From positions 244,714,001 through 244,778,000 of the forward strand of contig OZ024741.1 of NCBI GenBank assembly GCA_964016885.1: a stretch of 64,000 nucleotides of DNA, written 5' to 3'. The notes under the pieces are model-generated. The model saw only the letters and a program-made list of their open reading frames with translations. It searched no databases and was not told the origin of the DNA. This DNA comes from Eledone cirrhosa. Taxonomy: Eukaryota. Shown here one piece after another: positions 10,657 to 25,750 of this stretch. Each line of letters opens with the position of its first letter. The first letter of the stretch is position 1. A program made the translations under genes and the position numbers.

Positions 10657-13648
10657 TCACACTACACACAGCAAATCTGTGTCTGCACATGTACCAGTAA
10701 CTACAGATCGATCCGACCACGGGCGGCCGGCCCGCGATTGAAAAGGTAACTCCGCCAGCAAATCGTCATTTTTTGATTCGTTTTCTTCGAAGCACACCAT
10801 TCGCCGCCGGACTTTGTTGACGTTTAACACGGTTTGGTTCCAGAGCCACAACTATTGATTTTACGGTGATATCTTGCTGAAATTCACGCCACACATAGCC
10901 AATGAGTGTCTGCACATGTACCAGTAATTACAGATCGATCGGACCACGGGCGGCCGGTTTGCGATTGAAAAGGTAACTCCGCCGGCAAATCGTCATTTTT
11001 GGATTCGTTTTCTTCGAAGCACACCATTCGCCGCCGGACTTCAGCTTCCTCATTTAGCATGGGCAGCTTTTCTTGCAAATCACACTACACACAGCAAATC
11101 TGTGTCTGCACATGTACCAGTAACTACAGATCGATCCGACCACGGGCGGCCGGCCCGCGATTGAAAAGGTAACTCCGCCAGCAAATCGTCATTTTTTGAT
11201 TCGTTTTCTTCGAAGCACACCATTCGCCGCCGGACTTTGTTGACGTTTAACACGGTTTGGTTCCACAGCCACAACTATTGATTTTACGGTGATATCTTGC
11301 TGAAATTCACGCCACACATAGCCAATGAGTGTCTGCACATGTACCAGTAATTACAGATCGATCCGACCACGGGCGGCCGGTTTGCGATTGAAAAGGTAAC
11401 TCCGCCGGCAAATCGTCATTTTTGGATTCGTTTTCTTCGAAGCACACCATTCGCCGGCGGACTTTGTTGACGTTTAACACGGTTTGGTTCCACAGCCACA
11501 ACTATTGATTTTACGGAGATATCTTGCTGAAATTCACGCCACACATAGCCAATGATTGTCTGCACATGTACCAGTAATTACAGATCGATCCGACCACGGG
11601 TGGCCGGCCCGCGATTGAAAAGGTAACTCCGCCAGCAAATCGTCATTTTTGGATTCGTTTTCTTCGAAGCACACCATTCGCCGGCGGACTTTGTTGACGT
11701 TTAACACGGTTTGGTTCCACAGCCACAACTATTGATTTTACGGAGATATCTTGCTGAAATTCACGCCACACATACCCAATGAGTGTCTGCACATGTACCA
11801 GTAATTACAGATCGATCCGCCCACGGGTGGCCGGCCCACGATCTAAAATGTAACTCCGCCGGCAAATCCGCATTTTTGTGATTAGTTTCTTCGAAGCACA
11901 CCATTCGCCGCCGGACTTGAGCTTCCTCATTTAGCATGGGCAGCTTTTCTTGAAAATCACACCACACTCAGCAAATGTGTGTCTGCACATGTACCAGTAA
12001 TTACAGATCGATCGGACCACGGGCGGCCGGTTTGCGATTGAAAAGGTAACTCCGCCGGCAAATCGTCATTTTTGGATTCGTTTTCTTCGAAGCACACCAT
12101 TCGCCGCCGGACTTCAGCTTCCTCATTTAGCATGGGCAGCTTTTCTTGCAAATCACACTACACACAGCAAATCTGTGTCTGCACATGTACCAGTAACTAC
12201 AGATCGATCCGACCACGGGCGGCCGGCCCGCGATTGAAAAGGTAACTCCGCCAGCAAATCGTCATTTTTTGATTCGTTTTCTTCGAAGCACACCATTCGC
12301 CGCCGGACTTTGTTGACGTTTAACACGGTTTGGTTCCAGAGCCACAACTATTGATTTTACGGTGATATCTTGCTGAAATTCACGCCACACATAGCCAATG
12401 AGTGTCTGCACATGTACCAGTAATTACAGATCGATCGGACCACGGGCGGCCGGTTTGCGATTGAAAAGGTAACTCCGCCGGCAAATCGTCATTTTTGGAT
12501 TCGTTTTCTTCGAAGCACACCATTCGCCGCCGGACTTCAGCTTCCTCATTTAGCATGGGCAGCTTTTCTTGCAAATCACACTACACACAGCAAATCTGTG
12601 TCTGCACATGTACCAGTAACTACAGATCGATCCGACCACGGGCGGCCGGCCCGCGATTGAAAAGGTAACTCCGCCAGCAAATCGTCATTTTTTGATTCGT
12701 TTTCTTCGAAGCACACCATTCGCCGCCGGACTTTGTTGACGTTTAACACGGTTTGGTTCCACAGCCACAACTATTGATTTTACGGTGATATCTTGCTGAA
12801 ATTCACGCCACACATAGCCAATGAGTGTCTGCACATGTACCAGTAATTACAGATCGATCCGACCACGGGCGGCCGGTTTGCGATTGAAAAGGTAACTCCG
12901 CCGGCAAATCGTCATTTTTGGATTCGTTTTCTTCGAAGCACACCATTCGCCGGCGGACTTTGTTGACGTTTAACACGGTTTGGTTCCACAGCCACAACTA
13001 TTGATTTTACGGAGATATCTTGCTGAAATTCACGCCACACATAGCCAATGATTGTCTGCACATGTACCAGTAATTACAGATCGATCCGACCACGGGTGGC
13101 CGGCCCGCGATTGAAAAGGTAACTCCGCCAGCAAATCGTCATTTTTGGATTCGTTTTCTTCGAAGCACACCATTCGCCGGCGGACTTTGTTGACGTTTAA
13201 CACGGTTTGGTTCCACAGCCACAACTATTGATTTTACGGAGATATCTTGCTGAAATTCACGCCACACATACCCAATGAGTGTCTGCACATGTACCAGTAA
13301 TTACAGATCGATCCGCCCACGGGTGGCCGGCCCACGATCTAAAATGTAACTCCGCCGGCAAATCCGCATTTTTGTGATTAGTTTCTTCGAAGCACACCAT
13401 TCGCCGCCGGACTTGAGCTTCCTCATTTAGCATGGGCAGCTTTTCTTGAAAATCACACCACACTCAGCAAATGTGTGTCTGCACATGTACCAGTAATTAC
13501 AGATCGATCGGACCACGGGCGGCCGGTTTGCGATTGAAAAGGTAACTCCGCCGGCAAATCGTCATTTTTGGATTCGTTTTCTTCGAAGCACACCATTCGC
13601 CGCCGGACTTCAGCTTCCTCATTTAGCATGGGCAGCTTTTCTTGCAAA
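10657..13648. repeat. 1496-bp (7-monomer) tandem duplication, A-F-A-B-C-D-E
   Basis: Offsets 10657/12153, 10884/12380, 11761/13257; shared ttccagagcc variant at 10843/12339. Confidence 0.88.
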
Positions 13649-15371
13649 TCACACTACACACAGCAAATCTGTGTCTGCACATGTACCAGTAACTACAGAT
13701 CGATCCGACCACGGGCGGCCGGCCCGGGATTGAAAAGGTAGCTCCGCCAGCAAATCGTCATTTTTTGATTCGTTTTCTTCGAAGCACACCATTCGCCGGC
13801 GGACTTTGTTGACGTTTAACACGGTTTGGTTCCACAGCCACAACTATTGATTTTACGGAGATATCTTGCTGAAATTCACGCCACACATAGCCAATGATTG
13901 TCTGCACATGTACCAGTAATTACAGATCGATCCGACCACGGGTGGCCGGCCCGCGATTGAAAAGGTAACTCCGCCAGCAAATCGTCATTTTTGGATTCGT
14001 TTTCTTCGAAGCACACCATTCGCCGGCGGACTTTGTTGACGTTTAACACGGTTTGGTTCCACAGCCACAACTATTGATTTTACGGAGATATCTTGCTGAA
14101 ATTCACGCCACACATACCCAATGAGTGTCTGCACATGTACCAGTAATTACAGATCGATCCGCCCACGGGTGGCCGGCCCACGATCTAAAATGTAACTCCG
14201 CCGGCAAATCCGCATTTTTGTGATTAGTTTCTTCGAAGCACACCATTCGCCGCCGGACTTGAGCTTCCTCATTTAGCATGGGCAGCTTTTCTTGAAAATC
14301 ACACCACACTCAGCAAATGTGTGTCTGCACATGTACCAGTAATTACAGATCGATCGGACCACGGGCGGCCGGTTTGCGATTGAAAAGGTAACTCCGCCGG
14401 CAAATCGTCATTTTTGGATTCGTTTTCTTCGAAGCACACCATTCGCCGCCGGACTTCAGCTTCCTCATTTAGCATGGGCAGCTTTTCTTGCAAATCACAC
14501 TACACACAGCAAATCTGTGTCTGCACATGTACCAGTAACTACAGATCGATCCGACCACGGGCGGCCGGCCCGCGATTGAAAAGGTAACTCCGCCAGCAAA
14601 TCGTCATTTTTTGATTCGTTTTCTTCGAAGCACACCATTCGCCGCCGGACTTTGTTGACGTTTAACACGGTTTGGTTCCACAGCCACAACTATTGATTTT
14701 ACGGTGATATCTTGCTGAAATTCACGCCACACATAGCCAATGAGTGTCTGCACATGTACCAGTAATTACAGATCGATCCGACCACGGGCGGCCGGTTTGC
14801 GATTGAAAAGGTAACTCCGCCGGCAAATCGTCATTTTTGGATTCGTTTTCTTCGAAGCACACCATTCGCCGGCGGACTTTGTTGACGTTTAACACGGTTT
14901 GGTTCCACAGCCACAACTATTGATTTTACGGAGATATCTTGCTGAAATTCACGCCACACATAGCCAATGATTGTCTGCACATGTACCAGTAATTACAGAT
15001 CGATCCGACCACGGGTGGCCGGCCCGCGATTGAAAAGGTAACTCCGCCAGCAAATCGTCATTTTTGGATTCGTTTTCTTCGAAGCACACCATTCGCCGGC
15101 GGACTTTGTTGACGTTTAACACGGTTTGGTTCCACAGCCACAACTATTGATTTTACGGAGATATCTTGCTGAAATTCACGCCACACATACCCAATGAGTG
15201 TCTGCACATGTACCAGTAATTACAGATCGATCCGCCCACGGGTGGCCGGCCCACGATCTAAAATGTAACTCCGCCGGCAAATCCGCATTTTTGTGATTAG
15301 TTTCTTCGAAGCACACCATTCGCCGCCGGACTTGAGCTTCCTCATTTAGCATGGGCAGCTTTTCTTGAAAA

Positions 15372-15567
15372 TCACACCACACTCAGCAAATGTGTGTCTG
15401 CACATGTACCAGTAATTACAGATCGATCGGACCACGGGCGGCCGGCTCACGATCGAAAAGGTAACTCCGCCGGCAAATCCGCATTTTTGTGATTCGTTTC
15501 TTCGAAGCACACCATTCGCCGCCGGACTTGAGCTTCCTCATTTAGCATGGGCAGCTTTTCTTGCAAA
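15372..15567. repeat. Monomer type G (196 bp), first occurrence; alternative to E
   Basis: E head, but core ggctcacgatcgaaaagg...aaatccgcatttttgtgattcg; not seen earlier in the window. Confidence 0.88.
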
Positions 15568-18500
15568 TCACACTACACACAGCAAATCTGTGTCTGCACA
15601 TGTACCAGTAACTACAGATCGATCCGACCACGGGCGGCCGGCCCGCGATTGAAAAGGTAACTCCGCCAGCAAATCGTCATTTTTGGATTCGTTTTCTTCG
15701 AAGCACACCATTCGCCGGCGGACTTTGTTGACGTTTAACACGGTTTGGTTCCACAGCCACAACTATTGATTTTACGGAGATATCTTGCTGAAATTCACGC
15801 CACACATAGCCAATGATTGTCTGCACATGTACCAGTAATTACAGATCGATCCGACCACGGGTGGCCGGCCCGCGATTGAAAAGGTAACTCCGCCAGCAAA
15901 TCGTCATTTTTGGATTCGTTTTCTTCGAAGCACACCATTCGCCGGCGGACTTTGTTGACGTTTAACACGGTTTGGTTCCACAGCCACAACTATTGATTTT
16001 ACGGAGATATCTTGCTGAAATTCACGCCACACATACCCAATGAGTGTCTGCACATGTACCAGTAATTACAGATCGATCCGCCCACGGGTGGCCGGCCCAC
16101 GATCTAAAATGTAACTCCGCCGGCAAATCCGCATTTTTGTGATTAGTTTCTTCGAAGCACACCATTCGCCGCCGGACTTGAGCTTCCTCATTTAGCATGG
16201 GCAGCTTTTCTTGAAAATCACACCACACTCAGCAAATGTGTGTCTGCACATGTACCAGTAATTACAGATCGATCGGACCACGGGCGGCCGGTTTGCGATT
16301 GAAAAGGTAACTCCGCCGGCAAATCGTCATTTTTGGATTCGTTTTCTTCGAAGCACACCATTCGCCGCCGGACTTCAGCTTCCTCATTTAGCATGGGCAG
16401 CTTTTCTTGCAAATCACACTACACACAGCAAATCTGTGTCTGCACATGTACCAGTAACTACAGATCGATCCGACCACGGGCGGCCGGCCCGCGATTGAAA
16501 AGGTAACTCCGCCAGCAAATCGTCATTTTTTGATTCGTTTTCTTCGAAGCACACCATTCGCCGCCGGACTTTGTTGACGTTTAACACGGTTTGGTTCCAC
16601 AGCCACAACTATTGATTTTACGGTGATATCTTGCTGAAATTCACGCCACACATAGCCAATGAGTGTCTGCACATGTACCAGTAATTACAGATCGATCCGA
16701 CCACGGGCGGCCGGTTTGCGATTGAAAAGGTAACTCCGCCGGCAAATCGTCATTTTTGGATTCGTTTTCTTCGAAGCACACCATTCGCCGGCGGACTTTG
16801 TTGACGTTTAACACGGTTTGGTTCCACAGCCACAACTATTGATTTTACGGAGATATCTTGCTGAAATTCACGCCACACATAGCCAATGATTGTCTGCACA
16901 TGTACCAGTAATTACAGATCGATCCGACCACGGGTGGCCGGCCCGCGATTGAAAAGGTAACTCCGCCAGCAAATCGTCATTTTTGGATTCGTTTTCTTCG
17001 AAGCACACCATTCGCCGGCGGACTTTGTTGACGTTTAACACGGTTTGGTTCCACAGCCACAACTATTGATTTTACGGAGATATCTTGCTGAAATTCACGC
17101 CACACATACCCAATGAGTGTCTGCACATGTACCAGTAATTACAGATCGATCCGCCCACGGGTGGCCGGCCCACGATCTAAAATGTAACTCCGCCGGCAAA
17201 TCCGCATTTTTGTGATTAGTTTCTTCGAAGCACACCATTCGCCGCCGGACTTGAGCTTCCTCATTTAGCATGGGCAGCTTTTCTTGAAAATCACACCACA
17301 CTCAGCAAATGTGTGTCTGCACATGTACCAGTAATTACAGATCGATCGGACCACGGGCGGCCGGTTTGCGATTGAAAAGGTAACTCCGCCGGCAAATCGT
17401 CATTTTTGGATTCGTTTTCTTCGAAGCACACCATTCGCCGCCGGACTTCAGCTTCCTCATTTAGCATGGGCAGCTTTTCTTGCAAATCACACTACACACA
17501 GCAAATCTGTGTCTGCACATGTACCAGTAACTACAGATCGATCCGACCACGGGCGGCCGGCCCGCGATTGAAAAGGTAACTCCGCCAGCAAATCGTCATT
17601 TTTTGATTCGTTTTCTTCGAAGCACACCATTCGCCGCCGGACTTTGTTGACGTTTAACACGGTTTGGTTCCACAGCCACAACTATTGATTTTACGGTGAT
17701 ATCTTGCTGAAATTCACGCCACACATAGCCAATGAGTGTCTGCACATGTACCAGTAATTACAGATCGATCCGACCACGGGCGGCCGGTTTGCGATTGAAA
17801 AGGTAACTCCGCCGGCAAATCGTCATTTTTGGATTCGTTTTCTTCGAAGCACACCATTCGCCGGCGGACTTTGTTGACGTTTAACACGGTTTGGTTCCAC
17901 AGCCACAACTATTGATTTTACGGAGATATCTTGCTGAAATTCACGCCACACATAGCCAATGATTGTCTGCACATGTACCAGTAATTACAGATCGATCCGA
18001 CCACGGGTGGCCGGCCCGCGATTGAAAAGGTAACTCCGCCAGCAAATCGTCATTTTTGGATTCGTTTTCTTCGAAGCACACCATTCGCCGGCGGACTTTG
18101 TTGACGTTTAACACGGTTTGGTTCCACAGCCACAACTATTGATTTTACGGAGATATCTTGCTGAAATTCACGCCACACATACCCAATGAGTGTCTGCACA
18201 TGTACCAGTAATTACAGATCGATCCGCCCACGGGTGGCCGGCCCACGATCTAAAATGTAACTCCGCCGGCAAATCCGCATTTTTGTGATTAGTTTCTTCG
18301 AAGCACACCATTCGCCGCCGGACTTGAGCTTCCTCATTTAGCATGGGCAGCTTTTCTTGAAAATCACACCACACTCAGCAAATGTGTGTCTGCACATGTA
18401 CCAGTAATTACAGATCGATCGGACCACGGGCGGCCGGCTCACGATCGAAAAGGTAACTCCGCCGGCAAATCCGCATTTTTGTGATTCGTTTCTTCGAAGC

Positions 18501-18786
18501 ACACCATTCGCCGCCGGACTTCAGCTTCCTCATTTAGCATGGGCAGCTTTTCTTGCAAATCACACTACACACAGCAAATCTGTGTCTGCACATGTACCAG
18601 TAACTACAGATCGATCCGACCACGGGCGGCCGGCCCGCGATTGAAAAGGTAACTCCGCCAGCAAATCGTCATTTTTTGATTCGTTTTCTTCGAAGCACAC
18701 CATTCGCCGCCGGACTTTGTTGACGTTTAACACGGTTTGGTTCAACAGCTACAACTATTGATTTTACGGAGATATCTTGCTGAAAT

Positions 18787-21700
18787 TCACGCCACACATA
18801 GCCAATGATTGTCTGCACATGTACCAGTAATTACAGATCGATCCGACCACGGGTGGCCGGCCCGCGATTGAAAAGGTAACTCCGCCAGCAAATCGTCATT
18901 TTTGGATTCGTTTTCTTCGAAGCACACCATTCGCCGGCGGACTTTGTTGACGTTTAACACGGTTTGGTTCCACAGCCACAACTATTGATTTTACGGAGAT
19001 ATCTTGCTGAAATTCACGCCACACATACCCAATGAGTGTCTGCACATGTACCAGTAATTACAGATCGATCCGCCCACGGGTGGCCGGCCCACGATCTAAA
19101 ATGTAACTCCGCCGGCAAATCCGCATTTTTGTGATTAGTTTCTTCGAAGCACACCATTCGCCGCCGGACTTGAGCTTCCTCATTTAGCATGGGCAGCTTT
19201 TCTTGAAAATCACACCACACTCAGCAAATGTGCGTCTGCACATGTACCAGTAATTACAGATCGATCGGACCACGGGCGGCCGGCTCACGATCGAAAAGGT
19301 AACTCCGCCGGCAAATCCGCATTTTTGTGATTCGTTTCTTCGAAGCACACCATTCGCCGCCGGACTTCAGCTTCCTCATTTAGCATGGGCAGCTTTTCTT
19401 GCAAATCACACTACACACAGCAAATCTGTGTCTGCACATGTACCAGTAACTACAGATCGATCCGACCACGGGCGGCCGGCCCGCGATTGAAAAGGTAGCT
19501 CCGCCAGCAAATCGTCATTTTTTGATTCGTTTTCTTCGAAGCACACCAGTCGCCGGCGGACTTTGTTGACGTTTAACACGGTTTGGTTCCACAGCCACAA
19601 CTATTGATTTTACGGAGATATCTTGCTGAAATTCACGCCACACATAGCCAATGATTGTCTGCACATGTACCAGTAATTACAGATCGATCCGACCACGGGT
19701 GGCCGGCCCGCGATTGAAAAGGTAACTCCGCCAGCAAATCGTCATTTTTGGATTCGTTTTCTTCGAAGCACACCATTCGCCGGCGGACTTTGTTGACGTT
19801 TAACACGGTTTGGTTCCACAGCCACAACTATTGATTTTACGGAGATATCTTGCTGAAATTCACGCCACACATAGCCAATGATTGTCTGCACATGTACCAG
19901 TAATTACAGATCGATCCGACCACGGGTGGCCGGCCCGCGATTGAAAAGGTAACTCCGCCAGCAAATCGTCATTTTTGGATTCGTTTTCTTCGAAGCACAC
20001 CATTCGCCGGCGGACTTTGTTGACGTTTAACACGGTTTGGTTCCACAGCCACAACTATTGATTTTACGGAGATATCTTGCTGAAATTCACGCCACACATA
20101 CCCAATGAGTGTCTGCACATGTACCAGTAATTACAGATCGATCTGCCCACGGGTGGCCGGCCCACGATCTAAAATGTAACTCCGCCGGCAAATCCGCATT
20201 TTTGTGATTAGTTTCTTCGAAGCACACCATTCGCCGCCGGACTTGAGCTTCCTCATTTAGCATGGGCAGCTTTTCTTGAAAATCACACTACACTCAGCAA
20301 ATGTGTGTCTGCACATGTACCAGTAATTACAGATCGATCGGACCACGGGCGGCCGGCTCACGATCGAAAAGGTAACTCCGCCGGCAAATCCGCATTTTTG
20401 TGATTCGTTTCTTCGAAGCACACCATTTGCCGCCGGACTTCAGCTTCCTCATTTAGCATGGGCAGCTTTTCTTGCAAATCACACTACATACAGCAAATCT
20501 GTGTCTGCACATGTACCAGTAACTACAGATCGATCCGACCACGGACGGCCGGCCCACGATCGAAAAGGTAACTCCGCCGGCAAATCGTCATTTTTGGATT
20601 CGTTTTCTTCGAAGCACACCATTCGCCGGCGGACTTTGTTGACGTTTAACATGGTTTGGTTCCACAGCCACAACTATTGATTTTACGGAGATATCTTGCT
20701 GAAATTCACGCCACACATAGCCAATGATTGTCTGCACATGTACCAGTAATTACAGATCGATCCGACCACGGGTGGCCGGCCCGCGATTGAAAAGGTAACT
20801 CCGCCAGCAAATCGTCATTTTTGGATTCGTTTTCTTCGAAGCACACCATTCGCCGGCGGACTTTGTTGACGTTTAACACGGTTTGGTTCCACAGCCACAA
20901 CTATTGATTTTACGGAGATATCTTGCTGAAATTCACGCCACACATACCCAATGAGTGTCTGCACATGTACCAGTAATTACAGATCGATCCGCCCACGGGT
21001 GGCCGGCCCACGATCTAAAATGTAACTCCGCCGGCAAATCCGCATTTTTGTGATTAGTTTCTTCGAAGCACACCATTCGCCGCCGGACTTGAGCTTCCTC
21101 ATTTAGCATGGGCAGCTTTTCTTGAAAATCACACCACACTCAGCAAATGTGCGTCTGCACATGTACCAGTAATTACAGATCGATCGGACCACGGGCGGCC
21201 GGCTCACGATCGAAAAGGTAACTCCGCCGGCAAATCCGCATTTTTGTGATTCGTTTCTTCGAAGCACACCATTCGCCGCCGGACTTCAGCTTCCTCATTT
21301 AGCATGGGCAACTTTTCTTGCAAATCACACTACACACAGCAAATCTGTGTCTGCACATGTACCAGTAACTACAGATCGATCCGACCACGGGCGGCCGGCC
21401 CGCGATTGAAAAGGTAGCTCCGCCAGCAAATCGTCATTTTTTGATTCGTTTTCTTCGAAGCACACCAGTCGCCGGCGGACTTTGTTGACGTTTAACACGG
21501 TTTGGTTCCACAGCCACAACTATTGATTTTACGGAGATATCTTGCTGAAATTCACGCCACACATAGCCAATGATTGTCTGCACATGTACCAGTAATTACA
21601 GATCGATCCGACCACGGGTGGCCGGCCCGCGATTGAAAAGGTAACTCCGCCAGCAAATCGTCATTTTTGGATTCGTTTTCTTCGAAGCACACCATTCGCC

Positions 21701-22397
21701 GGCGGACTTTGTTGACGTTTAACACGGTTTGGTTCCACAGCCACAACTATTGATTTTACGGAGATATCTTGCTGAAATTCACGCCACACATAGCCAATGA
21801 TTGTCTGCACATGTACCAGTAATTACAGATCGATCCGACCACGGGTGGCCGGCCCGCGATTGAAAAGGTAACTCCGCCAGCAAATCGTCATTTTTGGATT
21901 CGTTTTCTTCGAAGCACACCATTCGCCGGCGGACTTTGTTGACGTTTAACACGGTTTGGTTCCACAGCCACAACTATTGATTTTACGGAGATATCTTGCT
22001 GAAATTCACGCCACACATACCCAATGAGTGTCTGCACATGTACCAGTAATTACAGATCGATCCGCCCACGGGTGGCCGGCCCACGATCTAAAATGTAACT
22101 CCGCCGGCAAATCCGCATTTTTGTGATTAGTTTCTTCGAAGCACACCATTCGCCGCCGGACTTGAGCTTCCTCATTTAGCATGGGCAGCTTTTCTTGAAA
22201 ATCACACTACACTCAGCAAATGTGTGTCTGCACATGTACCAGTAATTACAGATCGATCGGACCACGGGCGGCCGGCTCACGATCGAAAAGGTAACTCCGC
22301 CGGCAAGTCCGCATTTTTGTGATTAGTTTCTTCGAAGCACACCATTCGCCGCCGGACTTCAGCTTCCTCATTTAGCATGGGCAGCTTTTCTTGCAAA
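18787..22397. repeat. 1919-bp (9-monomer) tandem duplication (second copy incomplete)
   Basis: The private variant caccagtcgcc, together with ggtagctcc, occurs in A monomers 19406 and 21325; the tcacactacactcagc head occurs at 20283 and 22202. Confidence 0.87.
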
Positions 22398-25300
22398 TCA
22401 CACTACACACAGCAAATCTGTGTCTGCACATGTACCAGTAACTACAGATCGATCCGACCACGGGCGGCCGGCCCGCGATTGAAAAGGTAACTCCGCCAGC
22501 AAATCGTCATTTTTTTATTCGTTTTCTTCGAAGCACACCATTCGCCGGCGGACTTTGTTGACGTTTAACACGGTTTGGTTCCACAGCCACAACTATTGAT
22601 TTTACGGAGATATCTTGCTGAAATTCACGCCACACATACCCAATGAGTGTCTGCACATGTACCAGTAATTACAGATCGATCCGCCCACGGGTGGCCGGCC
22701 CACGATCTAAAATGTAACTCCGCCGGCAAATCCGCATTTTTGTGATTAGTTTCTTCGAAGCACACCATTCGCCGCCGGACTTGAGCTTCCTCATTTAGCA
22801 TGGGCAGCTTTTCTTGAAAATCACACCACACTCAGCAAATGTGCGTCTGCACATGTACCAGTAATTACAGATCGATCGGACCACGGGCGGCCGGCTCACG
22901 ATCGAAAAGGTAACTCCGCCGGCAAATCCGCATTTTTGTGATTCGTTTCTTCGAAGCACACCATTCGCCGCCGGACTTCAGCTTCCTCATTTAGCATGGG
23001 CAGCTTTTCTTGCAAATCACACTACATACAGCAAATCTGTGTCTGCACATGTACCAGTAACTACAGATCGATCCGACCACGGACGGCCGGCCCACGATCG
23101 AAAAGGTAACTCCGCCGGCAAATCGTCATTTTTGGATTCGTTTTCTTCGAAGCACACCATTCGCCGGCGGACTTTGTTGACGTTTAACATGGTTTGGTTC
23201 CACAGCCACAACTATTGATTTTACGGAGATATCTTGCTGAAATTCACGCCACACATAGCCAATGATTGTCTGCACATGTACCAGTAATTACAGATCGATC
23301 CGACCACGGGTGGCCGGCCCGCGATTGAAAAGGTAACTCCGCCAGCAAATCGTCATTTTTGGATTCGTTTTCTTCGAAGCACACCATTCGCCGGCGGACT
23401 TTGTTGACGTTTAACACGGTTTGGTTCCACAGCCACAACTATTGATTTTACGGAGATATCTTGCTGAAATTCACGCCACACATACCCAATGAGTGTCTGC
23501 ACATGTACCAGTAATTACAGATCGATCCGCCCACGGGTGGCCGGCCCACGATCTAAAATGTAACTCCGCCGGCAAATCCGCATTTTTGTGATTAGTTTCT
23601 TCGAAGCACACCATTCGCCGCCGGACTTGAGCTTCCTCATTTAGCATGGGCAGCTTTTCTTGAAAATCACACCACACTCAGCAAATGTGTGTCTGCACAT
23701 GTACCAGTAATTACAGATCGATCGGACCACGGGCGGCCGGCTCACGATCGAAAAGGTAACTCCGCCGGCAAATCCGCATTTTTGTGATTCGTTTCTTCGA
23801 AGCACACCATTCGCCGCCGGACTTCAGCTTCCTCATTTAGCATGGGCAGCTTTTCTTGCAAATCACACTACACACAGCAAATCTGTGTCTGCACATGTAC
23901 CAGTAACTACAGATCGATCCGACCACGGGCGGCCGGCCCGCGATTGAAAAGGTAACTCCGCCAGCAAATCGTCATTTTTTGATTCGTTTTCTTCGAAGCA
24001 CACCATTCGCCGCCGGACTTTGTTGACGTTTAACACGGTTTGGTTCCACAGCCACAACTATTGATTTTACGGTGATATCTTGCTGAAATTCACGCCACAC
24101 ATAGCCAATGAGTGTCTGCACATGTACCAGTAATTACAGATCGATCCGACCACGGGCGGCCGGTTTGCGATTGAAAAGGTAACTCCGCCGGCAAATCGTC
24201 ATTTTTGGATTCGTTTTCTTCGAAGCACACCATTCGCCGGCGGACTTTGTTGACGTTTAACACGGTTTGGTTCCACAGCCACAACTATTGATTTTACGGA
24301 GATATCTTGCTGAAATTCACGCCACACATACCCAATGAGTGTCTGCACATGTACCAGTAATTACAGATCGATCCGCCCACGGGTGGCCGGCCCACGATCT
24401 AAAATGTAACTCCGCCGGCAAATCCGCATTTTTGTGATTAGTTTCTTCGAAGCACACCATTCGCCGCCGGACTTGAGCTTCCTCATTTAGCATGGGCAGC
24501 TTTTCTTGAAAATCACACTACACTCAGCAAATGTGTGTCTGCACATGTACCAGTAATTACAGATCGATCGGACCACGGGCGGCCGGCTCACGATCGAAAA
24601 GGTAACTCCGCCGGCAAATCCGCATTTTTGTGATTCGTTTCTTCGAAGCACACCATTCGCCGCCGGACTTCAGCTTCCTCATTTAGCATGGGCAGCTTTT
24701 CTTGCAAATCACACTACACACAGCAAATCTGTGTCTGCACATGTACCAGTAACTACAGATCGATCCGACCACGGGCGGCCGGCCCGCGATTGAAAAGGTA
24801 ACTCCGCCAGCAAATCGTCATTTTTTTATTCGTTTTCTTCGAAGCACACCATTCGCCGGCGGACTTTGTTGACGTTTAACACGGTTTGGTTCCACAGCCA
24901 CAACTATTGATTTTACGGAGATATCTTGCTGAAATTCACGCCACACATACCCAATGAGTGTCTGCACATGTACCAGTAATTACAGATCGATCCGCCCACG
25001 GGTGGCCGGCCCACGATCTAAAATGTAACTCCGCCGGCAAATCCGCATTTTTGTGATTAGTTTCTTCGAAGCACACCATTCGCCTCCGGACTTGAGCTTC
25101 CTCATTTAGCATGGGCAGCTTTTCTTGAAAATCACACCACACTCAGCAAATGTGCGTCTGCACATGTACCAGTAATTACAGATCGATCGGACCACGGGCG
25201 GCCGGCTCACGATCGAAAAGGTAACTCCGCCGGCAAATCCGCATTTTTGTGATTCGTTTCTTCGAAGCACACCATTCGCCGCCGGACTTCAGCTTCCTCA

Positions 25301-25750
25301 TTTAGCATGGGCAGCTTTTCTTGCAAATCACACTACACACAGCAAATCTGTGTCTGCACATGTACCAGTAACTACAGATCGATCCGACCACGGGCGGCCG
25401 GCCCGCGATTGAAAAGGTAACTCCGCCAGCAAATCGTCATTTTTTGATTCGTTTTCTTCGAATCACACCATTCGCCGCCGGACTTTGTTGACGTTTAACA
25501 CGGTTTGGTTCCACAGCCACAACTATTGATTTTACGGAGATATCTTGCTGAAATTCACGCCACACATAGCCAATGAGTGTCTGCACATGTACCAGTAATT
25601 ACAGATCGATCGGACCACGGGCGGCCGGTTTGCGATCGAAAAGGTAACTCCGCCGGCAAATCCGCATTTTTGTGATTCGTTTCTTCGAAGCACACCATTT
25701 GCCGCCGGACTTCAGCTTCCTCATTTAGCATGGGCAGCTTTTCTTGCAAA

